Shown: in pieces, positions 1 through 10,102 of the stretch | Numbering within the stretch: position 1 is the first letter of the stretch | How the letters are laid out: every line of letters starts with the position of its first letter | Assembly: GCA_965218785.1 (NCBI GenBank) | Contig: OZ244650.1 | Location: forward strand, 704,001-768,000 | Source of the DNA: Nitrosopumilus sp. | GTDB taxonomy: Archaea; Thermoproteota; Nitrososphaeria; Nitrososphaerales; Nitrosopumilaceae | Length of the DNA: 64,000 nucleotides | Reading direction: 5' to 3' | The notes under the pieces: model-generated | The model's input: only the letters and a program-made list of their open reading frames with translations | The model's database searches: none | Told to the model about the DNA's origin: nothing | Translations under genes and position numbers: made by a program

Positions 1-2
1 TA

Positions 3-443
3 GTGGGCTCTGCCGGATTACTGTCCCTTCCAGGCGATACCCCGTTGGAACCACTTGAATTTCCAATGGGTACGATAAAAGTCGATGATGTCGTCCTTCA
101 AGTACAAATCGCCGATTCAAAATCCAGACAAATTCATGGGCTGATGTTCCAAGAGCAACTGCCATACGATCAAGGAATGATCTTCGTATTTGATCAACCC
201 GGCGTGTATTCGCTGTGGATGGCCAACGTCCAATTCCCGCTTGACATGATCTGGTTTGACCAGGACGGCAAGGTTGTACATATGGAAACGGACGTTCCTC
301 CATGCAAATCCGCCCTGGAGATCGCAGCCTGTGAGAGCATCATCCCTGACGGCGAGGCAGTTTATATTTTAGAGGTCACCTCCGGATTCGTCGATCAAAA
401 CAATATTACAAAAGACTCTGTTTTGAGCATAATCTCAATTTAG
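3..443 (+). CDS. DUF192 family protein (possibly 5'-truncated by window edge)
   Basis: IADS...GLMF...GMIFVF...LWMANVQFPLDMIWFD...YILEVTSG matches the DUF192 pattern. Confidence 0.85.
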   Translation: MGSAGLLSLPGDTPLEPLEFPMGTIKVDDVVLQVQIADSKSRQIHGLMFQEQLPYDQGMIFVFDQPGVYSLWMANVQFPLDMIWFDQDGKVVHMETDVPPCKSALEIAACESIIPDGEAVYILEVTSGFVDQNNITKDSVLSIISI

Positions 444-483
444 AATTGCAAAACCTTATCTTTGAATCCATCATTTCCAGATC

Positions 484-1119
484 ATGAACAAGTTTATCAT
501 TCCAATCATAATTGGCATTGCGGCCGTTGTTTCTGTATCTGTAATTTTCGTGTATGAGAAATCCTTTGAACCACAGTCAGATCAAATTTATGATTATGCA
601 GATTTTACTTATAATGATATAGAGTCAATTCAAAAAATTCTGGCCAAACAAGACATCTTTGTATCTGTGCCTACTGCGATAACTGATCAAACTACGGATA
701 TGTACTGTACATATTTTGATGAGGGAATCCAAAGAAGCGTGGATTACTGCACCACCACAGTCGTGCTTGATTCTAAAGGAAATACTTTGGGAAACATCAA
801 CATTGGAGGTGATGCAATTTCCCCGATTATGGCAATAGCCAACATTGAAACTGCCACCTTGGAATCCAACCAGGTTGAATCGCTTGCAATAATTAAGACC
901 GTGATTGAAACCCTTGTTTGCGACTGCTGGGAGGAAGAAAAAGACGACGACGATATTGAATCAATTGCTGCCTGGTTGGTCCTTACTCGCGAATTTTATT
1001 ATGATTCTGATCAACGTGGCATCAAATCACAGATAGATGATCTGGGGAGTTATCTGATAACTTTGGAGATTACGCCTAAAGAAAACTCGGTCTTGCAGAC
1101 ACTGATTATTCTAGTCTAA
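484..1119 (+). CDS. Membrane-anchored hypothetical protein
   Basis: 211-aa ORF, N-terminal hydrophobic helix, acidic body with Cys pairs. Confidence 0.75.
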   Translation: MNKFIIPIIIGIAAVVSVSVIFVYEKSFEPQSDQIYDYADFTYNDIESIQKILAKQDIFVSVPTAITDQTTDMYCTYFDEGIQRSVDYCTTTVVLDSKGNTLGNINIGGDAISPIMAIANIETATLESNQVESLAIIKTVIETLVCDCWEEEKDDDDIESIAAWLVLTREFYYDSDQRGIKSQIDDLGSYLITLEITPKENSVLQTLIILV

Positions 1120-1155
1120 TTATATATGACAGACTTTGCTAGTTGACGAATTGCG

Positions 1156-1929
1156 ATGATTGATCAATTATGGCTGATTCCCCTTGGATTTGCCGCCGGC
1201 ATACTAGGTTCGATGATTGGACTTGGCGGTGGAATCATCGTCGTTCCAGTACTGACATTTTTGGGATTTCCTCCAACTGCCGCTGCAAGTAACAGTCTTT
1301 TTGCCGCACTAAGCAATGCGATCGCCTCCACCATTTCATACTCTAGACAAAAGAGAATTGAATACTCGCTGGGTGTCAAGCTTGGACTACTTTCAATTCC
1401 GGGGACCGTTCTGGGCGCAATTATTTCCACTGATGTGACTCCCGGTGTCTTTAAGATATTATTTGGACTGGTCTTGATTGCATCTGCTGCTTATATTTTT
1501 CTGAGAAAAAAGTTCGAGGGCAGAGACAGGAGACTGTCTGTACAAATGACCGTGTTTGTAATCGGGGCCAGCTTTTTTGCGGGAATCATCTCTTCTTTTT
1601 TTGGAATAGGCGGAGGTACAGTCTTTGTCCCGTTAATGGTAGTCGGGATGGGAATGGCAATGAAAAAAGCCGCCCCAACGTCACAGCTGATTTTGTTGTT
1701 TGCATCATTATCTGGTGTAATCGCACACAGTCTTTTGGGACACCCTGATCTTCTTCAGGCTGGATTTTTGGCAATCGGTTCGTTTTTTGGCGGATTACTT
1801 GGGGCAAGACTGTCAATAGATATCAAAGAACGCTACCTGCAAGTCCTAACATCCGTTGTAATCTTGATTGCAGCTGCCAAGTTGTTCCTTGATTCTGCGG
1901 CTGAATTCGGTGTTGGTATTCTAGACTGA
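1156..1929 (+). CDS. Sulfite exporter TauE/SafE family membrane protein
   Basis: Duplicated GLGGG/GIGGG..VP motifs, about 8 TM helices. Confidence 0.9.
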   Translation: MIDQLWLIPLGFAAGILGSMIGLGGGIIVVPVLTFLGFPPTAAASNSLFAALSNAIASTISYSRQKRIEYSLGVKLGLLSIPGTVLGAIISTDVTPGVFKILFGLVLIASAAYIFLRKKFEGRDRRLSVQMTVFVIGASFFAGIISSFFGIGGGTVFVPLMVVGMGMAMKKAAPTSQLILLFASLSGVIAHSLLGHPDLLQAGFLAIGSFFGGLLGARLSIDIKERYLQVLTSVVILIAAAKLFLDSAAEFGVGILD

Positions 1930-2023
1930 CTTTCCGTGTTTATGATGGCATGCAGCATCGTTTGCCTTACTGAATGCTGCACGTTGAAAAAAAGACTCTA
2001 TCCAAACTCGGAAATTTTCCTTA

Positions 2024-3793
2024 TTACCGTGATTCATCAACACAGAAAATAACTTCAGCTGATGATGCTGCATTATCTGATACAAGAAAATCAAATGCAT
2101 CTGCTATCTTTTGATCATCTGGCTCTCCTCCTGCAACCGTACCTGGAAGTATTGTAAACATCCTGATCCTTGACTTTAATACATCGCTTAATTCCTGGTT
2201 GACCGTAGTTGTAAATGGTCTTAGCGCCCCTCTGAAAACCTCCACCTGGGCTCTTTGTGTCCCTGTCACCTTTCTTCCAACTGGTAGATCCGGACCGATT
2301 ATCATGATTGCACCACTTGCATCCTTGTAAAGACGGGGATCCCTGCTGCCTCCGGGAACAAACTGCTCAAGCGCTTTTTGTGCTACTGTGGCCGGAGTCA
2401 AAATGAATTTCTCAGTCAGTGCCTCCCATTCTGCCCTTGTTGATTCGGTTAATTTTGATATTTCCGGCATGCTGCCTGTAACGTGAATAACACTTAGAAT
2501 TTTTCCCATGTTTGTTTTGGCAGTGTTTAGCCATCTTTCCATCTCCTGAGGATTCCTGATGTCCACTATGTGAGAATGAAACTTGCCGCTGATTGATTCT
2601 TGCAATTCCTTTGGCGTTTCTTGTGAAATAAAACATGCGACCTTTCCGCCGTTTTTCTCTACGTGCTGTGCCAAAAACTCCACCCTTTTGGCGTCTGTTT
2701 TATTGGTGGCATCAACTGTAATTACAACTGTCTTTTTCTCAAGGTCCGGTCTGTGAACTCCCGGCACTGCATTTCCAACATGGGCCTTGACAGGATAAAA
2801 CACCCTGTCACCTGGAATGACCTTGCCGTTTAGAATTTTTGCTATCTCATCATCACACAAGTTTAGCACAAATTCTGCAACCTGTGACTGTGATAGGAAC
2901 TCTTGGTTTGCAATCATGTGTGATGTATTGTTTTGAACCTTTTCTGCGATTGCTTGAATCTTGTCTAGCAAATTCGTAAACGTGCTGGCAAGCTTGCTCA
3001 CGTCCCTGCCGTCTGCCAGTTTTTCTGAAGCTTTTAGAACTCCTTTCTTTACCACGTCATCCCCCTCGCCTAACAATGGAAGCAGCTCCCCGTTTGCGGC
3101 ATCCACCTGTGTCGGATCCAGATCCTCAAATCCCCCGACTCTCATAAATTCTGCAGCGGCCTTTGGATAAACCGTCTTGTAAATTCTGTCAGAGTGAACT
3201 GGTCCGGGGTTTGTTGCAATTGATATGATTCCCCTGTCCACTAGTTCCCATGACATTGCCTCGGCCAGTCTGTTTTTTGCACCCTGTGATGCGGTGTATG
3301 GACTTCTAAATCTGTAAGGCCTCTGTTCTAACGGTCTTTCTTCTGTAAAGAATGTTGAAATTGTAATAATTTTTCCACCTTCCTTCATTACTTTTAATGC
3401 CTGTACTGATCCCCAGAACGTACCTGTCAGATGTATTCCTACGGTGCTTTTGAATTCATCTATTGGCGCATTTGCAAAACATGTGACAGGACCTGAAATT
3501 CCTGCATTATTAATCATATAGTCCACTGTGATACCATCCTTTTTCAGCGCATCAAACATGTCATTTACTGCAGTCTCCTCAGATACATCGACTCTTGAAA
3601 AAATTCTAACCGTAGCTGCACAGTCTTTGGGAATTTTTCCTTCAAGATCTCTTGCTGCCTCTTCCAAAGGTTCTTTTCTTCTTCCAAGAATAATCACACT
3701 TGCCCCATTTTCGACAAATTTTGTGGCAATGGCCTTGCCTATGCCTGTCCCGCTACCTGTAATCAGTGCAACTTTATCTTGGAATTTTAACAT
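2024..3793 (-). CDS. Tandem-domain SDR oxidoreductase (malonyl-CoA reductase-like)
   Basis: Likely start MLKFQDKVALITGSGTGIG at 3793; NNAG and NPGPVHSDRI motifs; second degenerate SDR domain in the C-terminal half. Confidence 0.85.
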   Translation of the reverse strand: MLKFQDKVALITGSGTGIGKAIATKFVENGASVIILGRRKEPLEEAARDLEGKIPKDCAATVRIFSRVDVSEETAVNDMFDALKKDGITVDYMINNAGISGPVTCFANAPIDEFKSTVGIHLTGTFWGSVQALKVMKEGGKIITISTFFTEERPLEQRPYRFRSPYTASQGAKNRLAEAMSWELVDRGIISIATNPGPVHSDRIYKTVYPKAAAEFMRVGGFEDLDPTQVDAANGELLPLLGEGDDVVKKGVLKASEKLADGRDVSKLASTFTNLLDKIQAIAEKVQNNTSHMIANQEFLSQSQVAEFVLNLCDDEIAKILNGKVIPGDRVFYPVKAHVGNAVPGVHRPDLEKKTVVITVDATNKTDAKRVEFLAQHVEKNGGKVACFISQETPKELQESISGKFHSHIVDIRNPQEMERWLNTAKTNMGKILSVIHVTGSMPEISKLTESTRAEWEALTEKFILTPATVAQKALEQFVPGGSRDPRLYKDASGAIMIIGPDLPVGRKVTGTQRAQVEVFRGALRPFTTTVNQELSDVLKSRIRMFTILPGTVAGGEPDDQKIADAFDFLVSDNAASSAEVIFCVDESR

Positions 3794-3974
3794 AGATAAA
3801 CTGTAAAAATTTTTGCGATATTTAATTGGATTGATCCATGTAAAAAACAACCTCTTGGATTCCAGTAGGTCTATTCTGATACTGGATATTCTGATACTGA
3901 TATTCTGATATCTATACAAGTCAGATCAAGAGTCATCATTTATCCGTATTTTTGCCACCAAAGATTCATCTTGT

Positions 3975-4298
3975 ATGCGATTTCTCAAAGTTGGCATGTT
4001 CTTACAGGACAACCGTGGAATATTCCTCTCTTCGCACAGTGACATGACATATGGCATTACTGTAACATCAGGCGATGATAAATCCGAGCCTGTAGACAAG
4101 ATTGATCCAGAACCAATACCAGTAGATCCAGAACCAATACCAGTAGATCCAGAACCTGACCCAACACCAACGGATCCAGAACCTGACCCAACACCAACGG
4201 ATCCTGGATCTGACCCAACACCAACGGATCCTACACTCAAACCAGACTATGGCATATTTGAGCAGATCATAAGATGGTTCCAATCTTTATTTGGATAA
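3975..4298 (+). pseudogene. Probable C-terminal remnant of a surface protein (Pro/Asp/Thr linker plus amphipathic tail)
   Basis: DPEPIPV/DPEPDPTPT repeats then GIFEQIIRWFQSLFG; no signal peptide or folded N-terminal domain. Confidence 0.5.
4104..4231 (+). repeat. Coding tandem repeats: 2 x 21 bp followed by 3 x 27 bp
   Basis: gatccagaaccaataccagta x2; gatccagaacctgacccaacaccaacg x3 (last copy divergent). Confidence 0.9.
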
Positions 4299-4379
4299 AC
4301 ATGATAAATACGTCCATGTTGCCCATTAAACCGGATACATCTTGATATCTTTATTTGTGGGTCTGATTCATGATTTTTC

Positions 4380-4616
4380 ATGCATGATGTGGAACCAGAC
4401 ACCTTTGTTCTTCAAACATGGCCTGAAAAATTCAGCGACATGTTAAAGGCGATTGGAATAGATTCACAATCAAAAGAGATAGGAACAGACGATGTTGAAA
4501 AAGGCGAATATTATAGCAGAAATTTTGCTCAAACCCCCAGGATGATAACTAACAGGGGCTGTCTTGATATTATGAATTCCAACATTGATGTGGTACAAAT
4601 TATTCAAAAGGGATGA
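4380..4616 (+). CDS. Hypothetical protein
   Basis: 78-aa ORF, ATGA overlap with next gene. Confidence 0.7.
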   Translation: MHDVEPDTFVLQTWPEKFSDMLKAIGIDSQSKEIGTDDVEKGEYYSRNFAQTPRMITNRGCLDIMNSNIDVVQIIQKG

Positions 4617-4996
4617 GAATGCAAGATCCAAATCCTATTCCCTGGGGTGCACTAGACAGATTTCAGGCACATTTTATCGTAAGAAAGGAGACCGGTGCAT
4701 CTGTCGGAGATTATCTTGCAAGAACACAACTTACCACCAAAGGCCATTTTGCCGCCAAAACAGTTCTCAAAGTCCGATGGAACGGTCCTGGCAAATTATC
4801 CTCCAAACTCAATGAAGATTCACAACTCAATGAAATGATTGCAAAACAGTCAATCAAGGATGCCACTATCTATGTTGAACCCACTGATGATGTGATTCGA
4901 ATTAGAAGCAAATGGGATAACCATCTCGCATTTGGCATTACCAAAGAACTCTTTGAAATTTATGACCGAATAGCAGGTCACATAAAATCAATCTAG
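4613..4996 (+). CDS. Hypothetical protein
   Basis: 127-aa ORF translationally coupled to upstream gene. Confidence 0.75.
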   Translation: MRMQDPNPIPWGALDRFQAHFIVRKETGASVGDYLARTQLTTKGHFAAKTVLKVRWNGPGKLSSKLNEDSQLNEMIAKQSIKDATIYVEPTDDVIRIRSKWDNHLAFGITKELFEIYDRIAGHIKSI

Positions 4997-5529
4997 GCCC
5001 TCCACCAATCCAGGGCAAGAAAATCTATCCTGTCTTTTCCCTTTGGAATTGCCAAAATGAATTGTTTTTTGACCGTGGTTGCAAGTCTGCCGGCAAGAAC
5101 AATCCCTGTGGATGTAATTTGTTCGCTTCTGTTATACACCTGAATCAAATATGGGGCATGATCAATTCCCGGCCCCTTTTCATACACTGCAAAATCACAA
5201 CCGAATTTTATTCCGGGATTGATGATGTATCCCTTGTCCCTAAAATTTTTGTAAACTAGGTATTTTTTATCAAAATCATAGTATTCCTTTTTGCAAATCT
5301 CAACCATCTGTCTTGCAGTTACCGTTTGTTTGTTTTTTGTAACCGTTATTTTCTTGTTTTCTAAAAGATACAGGCCCTCGATTAGATCCAAAATCAACGG
5401 AGCGTCAATCTCCTCTATCTTCGGCTTTGGTATTCCTATTGGTTTTCCATAGTAACCACTGCTAAAGAGTTTGCGTGAATCATCAATATTCCAAACTATG
5501 ATTCTATTTTCTATCAGTTCACCCTTCAT
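4993..5529 (-). CDS. endA: tRNA-intron endonuclease, catalytic subunit
   Basis: VYKNFRDKGY..GIKFGCDFAVYEKGPGIDHAPY...RLATTVKK with catalytic Y/H/K; likely start MKGELIE. Confidence 0.93.
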   Translation of the reverse strand: MKGELIENRIIVWNIDDSRKLFSSGYYGKPIGIPKPKIEEIDAPLILDLIEGLYLLENKKITVTKNKQTVTARQMVEICKKEYYDFDKKYLVYKNFRDKGYIINPGIKFGCDFAVYEKGPGIDHAPYLIQVYNRSEQITSTGIVLAGRLATTVKKQFILAIPKGKDRIDFLALDWWRA

Positions 5530-5625
5530 GTGTTTGTGAAACATCCAGCGTATATGAATTCTCTAGTTGAATCAGTCACTACTGAGGAATCAAAAATAAG
5601 GTAAAAATTCGGGGTAATATTCTGT

Positions 5626-6279
5626 TTACAGGCTCAATGCCAGCAATATGAAAGAATCCGATACTCTCTGGCATTTGTCTGCCATCTCTTCAATTCCCTC
5701 AATTACATCCTTGATCAACAACAATTCCTTTGTGTTTGATACCTCGGTCAAAAGTTTTAGTGTCGCATCCCTGTATTTGATGTCTATCTCCCTTTCTATC
5801 GTCTGCGTTTCCTGGGCCAGTTCTATGGCATTTGCAGTGTTGTTGTTCAGACTCCGAATGATCTCATTTAGCTTGTAAACCTGGTCTACTACTAGTTCAA
5901 TCAACTTTGTGATGTCCTTGTCGAGTTTTGCACTTTTCAGCGTGGTTACCTTTACGTTTGAGAGCTTGAATGAAATACCAGTGATATATCCTGCGATCTC
6001 ATCCATGGTATATGCCGTGTTGAGAAGATTCTCCCTGTTCATGATTAATCCTCCCACGTCTGCCACCTCCCGCGTGATCTTTCTTCTCAGATTTTCAACC
6101 TCTTCCTCGATTGTTGAGATCTGCTCTATTGCATTTTTGATCCCTGCCTTGTCTTTTTTCATCATAAGCTCGGGTATTGTTGCAAGTTCTCTGGAAGCAT
6201 TTAGAATTCTATTGATTTCATCTTGTAAAACTGCTATTGCCTTTCTTTTTGCCTGAACTTCAAGCTCTCCACTATACAT
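5626..6279 (-). CDS. DUF47 / PhoU-like phosphate transport regulator
   Basis: Two helical repeats: IEEEVENLRRKI ... IEREIDIKYR ... IEEMADKC. Confidence 0.8.
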   Translation of the reverse strand: MYSGELEVQAKRKAIAVLQDEINRILNASRELATIPELMMKKDKAGIKNAIEQISTIEEEVENLRRKITREVADVGGLIMNRENLLNTAYTMDEIAGYITGISFKLSNVKVTTLKSAKLDKDITKLIELVVDQVYKLNEIIRSLNNNTANAIELAQETQTIEREIDIKYRDATLKLLTEVSNTKELLLIKDVIEGIEEMADKCQRVSDSFILLALSL

Positions 6280-6341
6280 AACAGAAAACAAATAATCCTA
6301 AGGTAATTTAAATCCTCTATGATTCTTGATATTGAGCATGA

Positions 6342-8108
6342 TTATATCAAATTTTTATCATGTGCGACTTTATTCTGTCCTTTGTATAGCGTGATGACTT
6401 CCTCATTTGTGGAGGCATCCTCGACTGCCTTTTCAACTCTGATCTTGCCAGTAAATTTTGGGAATCTCAAAGCAAGCCCCGCATCCTTTCTTATGGCGTC
6501 TTTTGCCGCTTTGTGAATCGGACTGAGTGTGATTTCAGAGGCCACCACCTCTATTACCAATTCCGGCTCAAACCAGACATCTGCCTCCATTTCACTGTCA
6601 ATACGCGGGTTTTTTTTGATTGTGACCTTTGGATTCAAAATCTGATACAACTGATCCAAATGTTCATCTGAGAATCCGGTTCCCACCTTGCAGATGCTGG
6701 TAAAGACATCCTCGTCCTCATCATACGTTGCAAGCAGCAGCGTTCCATAACTTCCGGTTCTTCTCCCCTTTCCAAAAAATCCGCCTATCACAACAAGATC
6801 CAAACTGTCTCCCAACTCGTTTTGATATTCACGTTTTAGTTTCAGCCAGTAACTTCCCCTCGAACCTGCCTGGTATGGCTTTTCAAGCATTTTTAGCATT
6901 ACCCCCTCACTGCCTGCATTGATACTGTTTTCCATAAAGTCCTCGATCTCACCGCTGTTTTTGATTACTGCCATTGGAATGTGTTTTGCAAAATCATCCT
7001 CCCTTACAACTTTTTCCAGCATCTCCCTTCTGTTTTTGTAGCTTGATTCCAAACAGCTTTTCCCGTTACAGTACAAAATATCAAAAAAGTTGACTGTAAT
7101 CGGATACCGTATGACTGCCTCTTCTATTTTGTATTTCCGTCTTCGATGCATTAATTCTTGAAACGGCAAAAACTCCCCGGTATTTTCGTTGATTGCAACT
7201 GCCTCTGCCTCTAGTATTACATTCTCCGCGCTGACTGCCTTGGGGATTTTTTCAATAATGTCCGGGTAGTAACTTGAAATATTCTCCAAGCTTCTGGAGA
7301 ACAACACTACTTTTTCACCCTCGATGTGAATCTGCACCCTTTCACCATCTAGTTTGTACTCTGAGGCAAATTCGGTTCCCATCTTCTCCATTGCCTCCTG
7401 CTCGCTTTTTACTCTGTCTGCAAGCATGGGTCTAATCGGATTAAACAAAATGATTTCAAATTTTTCTATCCCCTTCAGACCGTTGGTTGCTATGGTCTCT
7501 GCAACCTTGCCTAAATCACTTGACACGTTATATGCATGCTCCAGAATCTTTCTGTTATCCTTGCTTCCTGAAAATGCGATTGCCAGTGCGTCCATTACGG
7601 TATTTTCTGCAATTCCCAGTCTTAGTGAACCCAGTAAAATCTTTAGAATGTAACTTGCCTCTAATGGATTTGCATCATTTAGCAGGCTTGAGATGTATTT
7701 CATTTTCATGTCTTGTGAACGCGCACCTTCCAGCTTGGCAATCCTGAATAATGTCTCATAAACCCTTTCCACTGTTATGTCTTCTGCGAGAAAAGTAGTC
7801 TGTGTCTTTTGTTCTAGTATGATAGATGCGGCATGTCCTAAATCCCCCTCCTTTTTGTATTCCTCCTCGATTTTTTTGACTGGAATTCCAGACGATTTTG
7901 AAATTGCCCTTATTGCAAGTTTTTCTGCAACCCCTAGTTCTATCCCTTCAAAATCAGGCCTTAGTTTTCCTTGCAGAAGATAAGCAATTTTGGAGACGAC
8001 TGTATGCGGCGTGTCTTTGAAGAGCTCCACTAGAAACTGCGTCAACTCCAATCTTTTTCTAGTTGACTCCATTTTGTTAAATGATTCGGCTAAAATGGAG
8101 AATTTCAT
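6342..8108 (-). CDS. lig: ATP-dependent DNA ligase
   Basis: EYKLDGERVQIH adenylation motif, EGVMLK, WLKLK, LRFPKF. Confidence 0.98.
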   Translation of the reverse strand: MKFSILAESFNKMESTRKRLELTQFLVELFKDTPHTVVSKIAYLLQGKLRPDFEGIELGVAEKLAIRAISKSSGIPVKKIEEEYKKEGDLGHAASIILEQKTQTTFLAEDITVERVYETLFRIAKLEGARSQDMKMKYISSLLNDANPLEASYILKILLGSLRLGIAENTVMDALAIAFSGSKDNRKILEHAYNVSSDLGKVAETIATNGLKGIEKFEIILFNPIRPMLADRVKSEQEAMEKMGTEFASEYKLDGERVQIHIEGEKVVLFSRSLENISSYYPDIIEKIPKAVSAENVILEAEAVAINENTGEFLPFQELMHRRRKYKIEEAVIRYPITVNFFDILYCNGKSCLESSYKNRREMLEKVVREDDFAKHIPMAVIKNSGEIEDFMENSINAGSEGVMLKMLEKPYQAGSRGSYWLKLKREYQNELGDSLDLVVIGGFFGKGRRTGSYGTLLLATYDEDEDVFTSICKVGTGFSDEHLDQLYQILNPKVTIKKNPRIDSEMEADVWFEPELVIEVVASEITLSPIHKAAKDAIRKDAGLALRFPKFTGKIRVEKAVEDASTNEEVITLYKGQNKVAHDKNLI

Positions 8109-8140
8109 TCTAATCTATTTCTCTCAGGCAAAAGCTTGAA

Positions 8141-8554
8141 CTAAATGTATCTGAAAATTGTTGGTTTTTCTGATTTTGGATTCTCAGAAACGAGTGCAAA
8201 ATTGTATAACGGGTATTCCTTTTTGTACTGTTTCATAAAACTCCATGCAACGTCATGTGTTTTGAATTCAGTCCTAATCCCGTCGATCCGGCTCTTTTTT
8301 CCAAATACGTCAAAGACTATCATTGAATACTGCCTGGGACGACTGTGCGGCTTTGCCTTGACAAGCCAGATAAGCGCAAAAACAAAGACTGATCCCAAAA
8401 CCACATATTCTCCGGCAACCTTGAAAAATGCCATAATCACCCCTGGTATGGTCTGGCCAAACAGGACTGCCATAAAGTTTGAAAATGAGATAACTGCTAA
8501 TGCCGTTATAACGTAGGTCTTCCAGTCAAATATCCTTGCAAAGCCACCTGACAA
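8141..8554 (-). CDS. Hypothetical membrane protein
   Basis: 137-aa ORF with two TM helices and a soluble C-terminal part. Confidence 0.7.
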   Translation of the reverse strand: MSGGFARIFDWKTYVITALAVISFSNFMAVLFGQTIPGVIMAFFKVAGEYVVLGSVFVFALIWLVKAKPHSRPRQYSMIVFDVFGKKSRIDGIRTEFKTHDVAWSFMKQYKKEYPLYNFALVSENPKSEKPTIFRYI

Positions 8555-8822
8555 CTATTTCTATAATCTCTTTTTTGATTTAACTTTTTCCCATGATAAA
8601 TAATAAGCACAACTATCTGATCCGGATCTTTAATTTCCTCTTTTATGGCAAACACCTGCTCTAGGCGTCTTACCTTGATGTGTGTGTGATTTTAGATTGC
8701 TGGGAAACGAATTCAGGACTGATTTTTGATGTTTCTGTTGATCATGAGCGGCGATGATTCAAGAGGGGATTGCTCTGATAAATAGTGCCGATAACTTTGG
8801 CAACATTTGATCTTTGTATTGT

Positions 8823-9968
8823 CTAATCCGGATCCTCGTAATTTTCCTTCTTTTGAGTGCCGGAGCTGCTTTCTTTCATCGGTTTCATCTTGCCATCTAG
8901 AACATCCATTCTAGCTCTGTACCCTTCAGCATACTCTAGTTCTGATGGAACAAGTGTTGCCGGGTGAATGAATCCCTGGCTTCTGATTGCCATTGCCTTT
9001 TTTGTTGCAATCTCCCGTATGTAATCCCAGTCCGGAGTTGAGAATCCGTCAAACGGACCGGTAAACCGTCCGTTATGCATGCTAAACACCAGTGACTCTA
9101 CAATTGGAATGCAAAAATTGATGGTTGCCGCAGAGTTTAGTTTTACAGGCATTAACGGCATGTTGTGACTGCCTCTTGTATTTCCTGCTACATAATGGGG
9201 ATTGTTAAATACACTGCCGACCTCCTCTGTTGCAGGAAACTTTTTTTGCGTCCTAACCAGACAAACCGGATCATCTTTTCCGACATATGTTCCTGCAATG
9301 TTGTGCAGTCTGTCCGTTGATGCTACAAGGATTGGCTCTCCGTCTTTGGTTGTCACTGAATCTACCACGTATCTTCCAGGATACATCAATGCCGCCTCTA
9401 TCGTTGGTTTATCCTGCCATAATTCAAGTTCTGCAATCCTTCCTTTTTCAACATCCATGATGTTCATCTTTACTCCCTCTGCAAGACTTTTGTTGACGAT
9501 TAATCCCGTATTACTTAGTGCGTCTACGAACATTCTATAAATCGGATAGTTAAACGCACCCGGCTCTGTCTTGTCTGCTGCAAATACAGTAAACGCCTCG
9601 TTTGCCCTCTCTTCAAACTCCATTTCGGCAACTCCCGGACCCATGCCTTTTACATTTCCTGAAAAGGAATCTTTTAGCAGGTCCTGTCCTGCACCATACA
9701 GCCCCTCCTCTTTTGCGACCTGGGTTCCTGCCATGAATGCATCCCATGTCATTTTGTGAATCTGCTGGTTGTCTACCCCGTGTGTATGTGACATTACAAT
9801 GTGGGTGTCATCCCCACAATAGCCAATGTAATAATCGATTAACAAATCCGAGGAATTTTTAACGGTATTTTTAATTGCATCTAGCAGTCTATCACTTGGT
9901 TTTGTGTGGCCCCCAATTCCTCCCACGTCTGCTTTGATGACTGAAACTGTGATCTTCATAATTCTCAT
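8823..9968 (-). CDS. fbp: Bifunctional fructose-1,6-bisphosphate aldolase/phosphatase
   Basis: SVIKADVGGIGGH, GLYGAGQDLL, DKTEPGAFN, YVGKDDP. Confidence 0.97.
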   Translation of the reverse strand: MRIMKITVSVIKADVGGIGGHTKPSDRLLDAIKNTVKNSSDLLIDYYIGYCGDDTHIVMSHTHGVDNQQIHKMTWDAFMAGTQVAKEEGLYGAGQDLLKDSFSGNVKGMGPGVAEMEFEERANEAFTVFAADKTEPGAFNYPIYRMFVDALSNTGLIVNKSLAEGVKMNIMDVEKGRIAELELWQDKPTIEAALMYPGRYVVDSVTTKDGEPILVASTDRLHNIAGTYVGKDDPVCLVRTQKKFPATEEVGSVFNNPHYVAGNTRGSHNMPLMPVKLNSAATINFCIPIVESLVFSMHNGRFTGPFDGFSTPDWDYIREIATKKAMAIRSQGFIHPATLVPSELEYAEGYRARMDVLDGKMKPMKESSSGTQKKENYEDPD

Positions 9969-10102
9969 TTTTACTCCTTTGATTTATGTGCTTTTAGGAA
10001 AACACTTGACTGCAATTAATTGAAATTAACTGGTTTTTTTTCAAAAATTCAACAGAGTCAAAATTCATAACAGTAATAAATGACCTCAAATAGGCACTTG
10101 TT

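Noticed and set aside
3794-3919. 42-aa N-terminal extension of the SDR in the ORF track
   Set aside because: Runs through the AT-rich promoter and micro-repeat region; SDR homology starts at Met 3793.
4380-4996. Frameshifted single gene or programmed recoding
   Set aside because: The ATGA overlap is ordinary translational coupling and no slippery site is evident.
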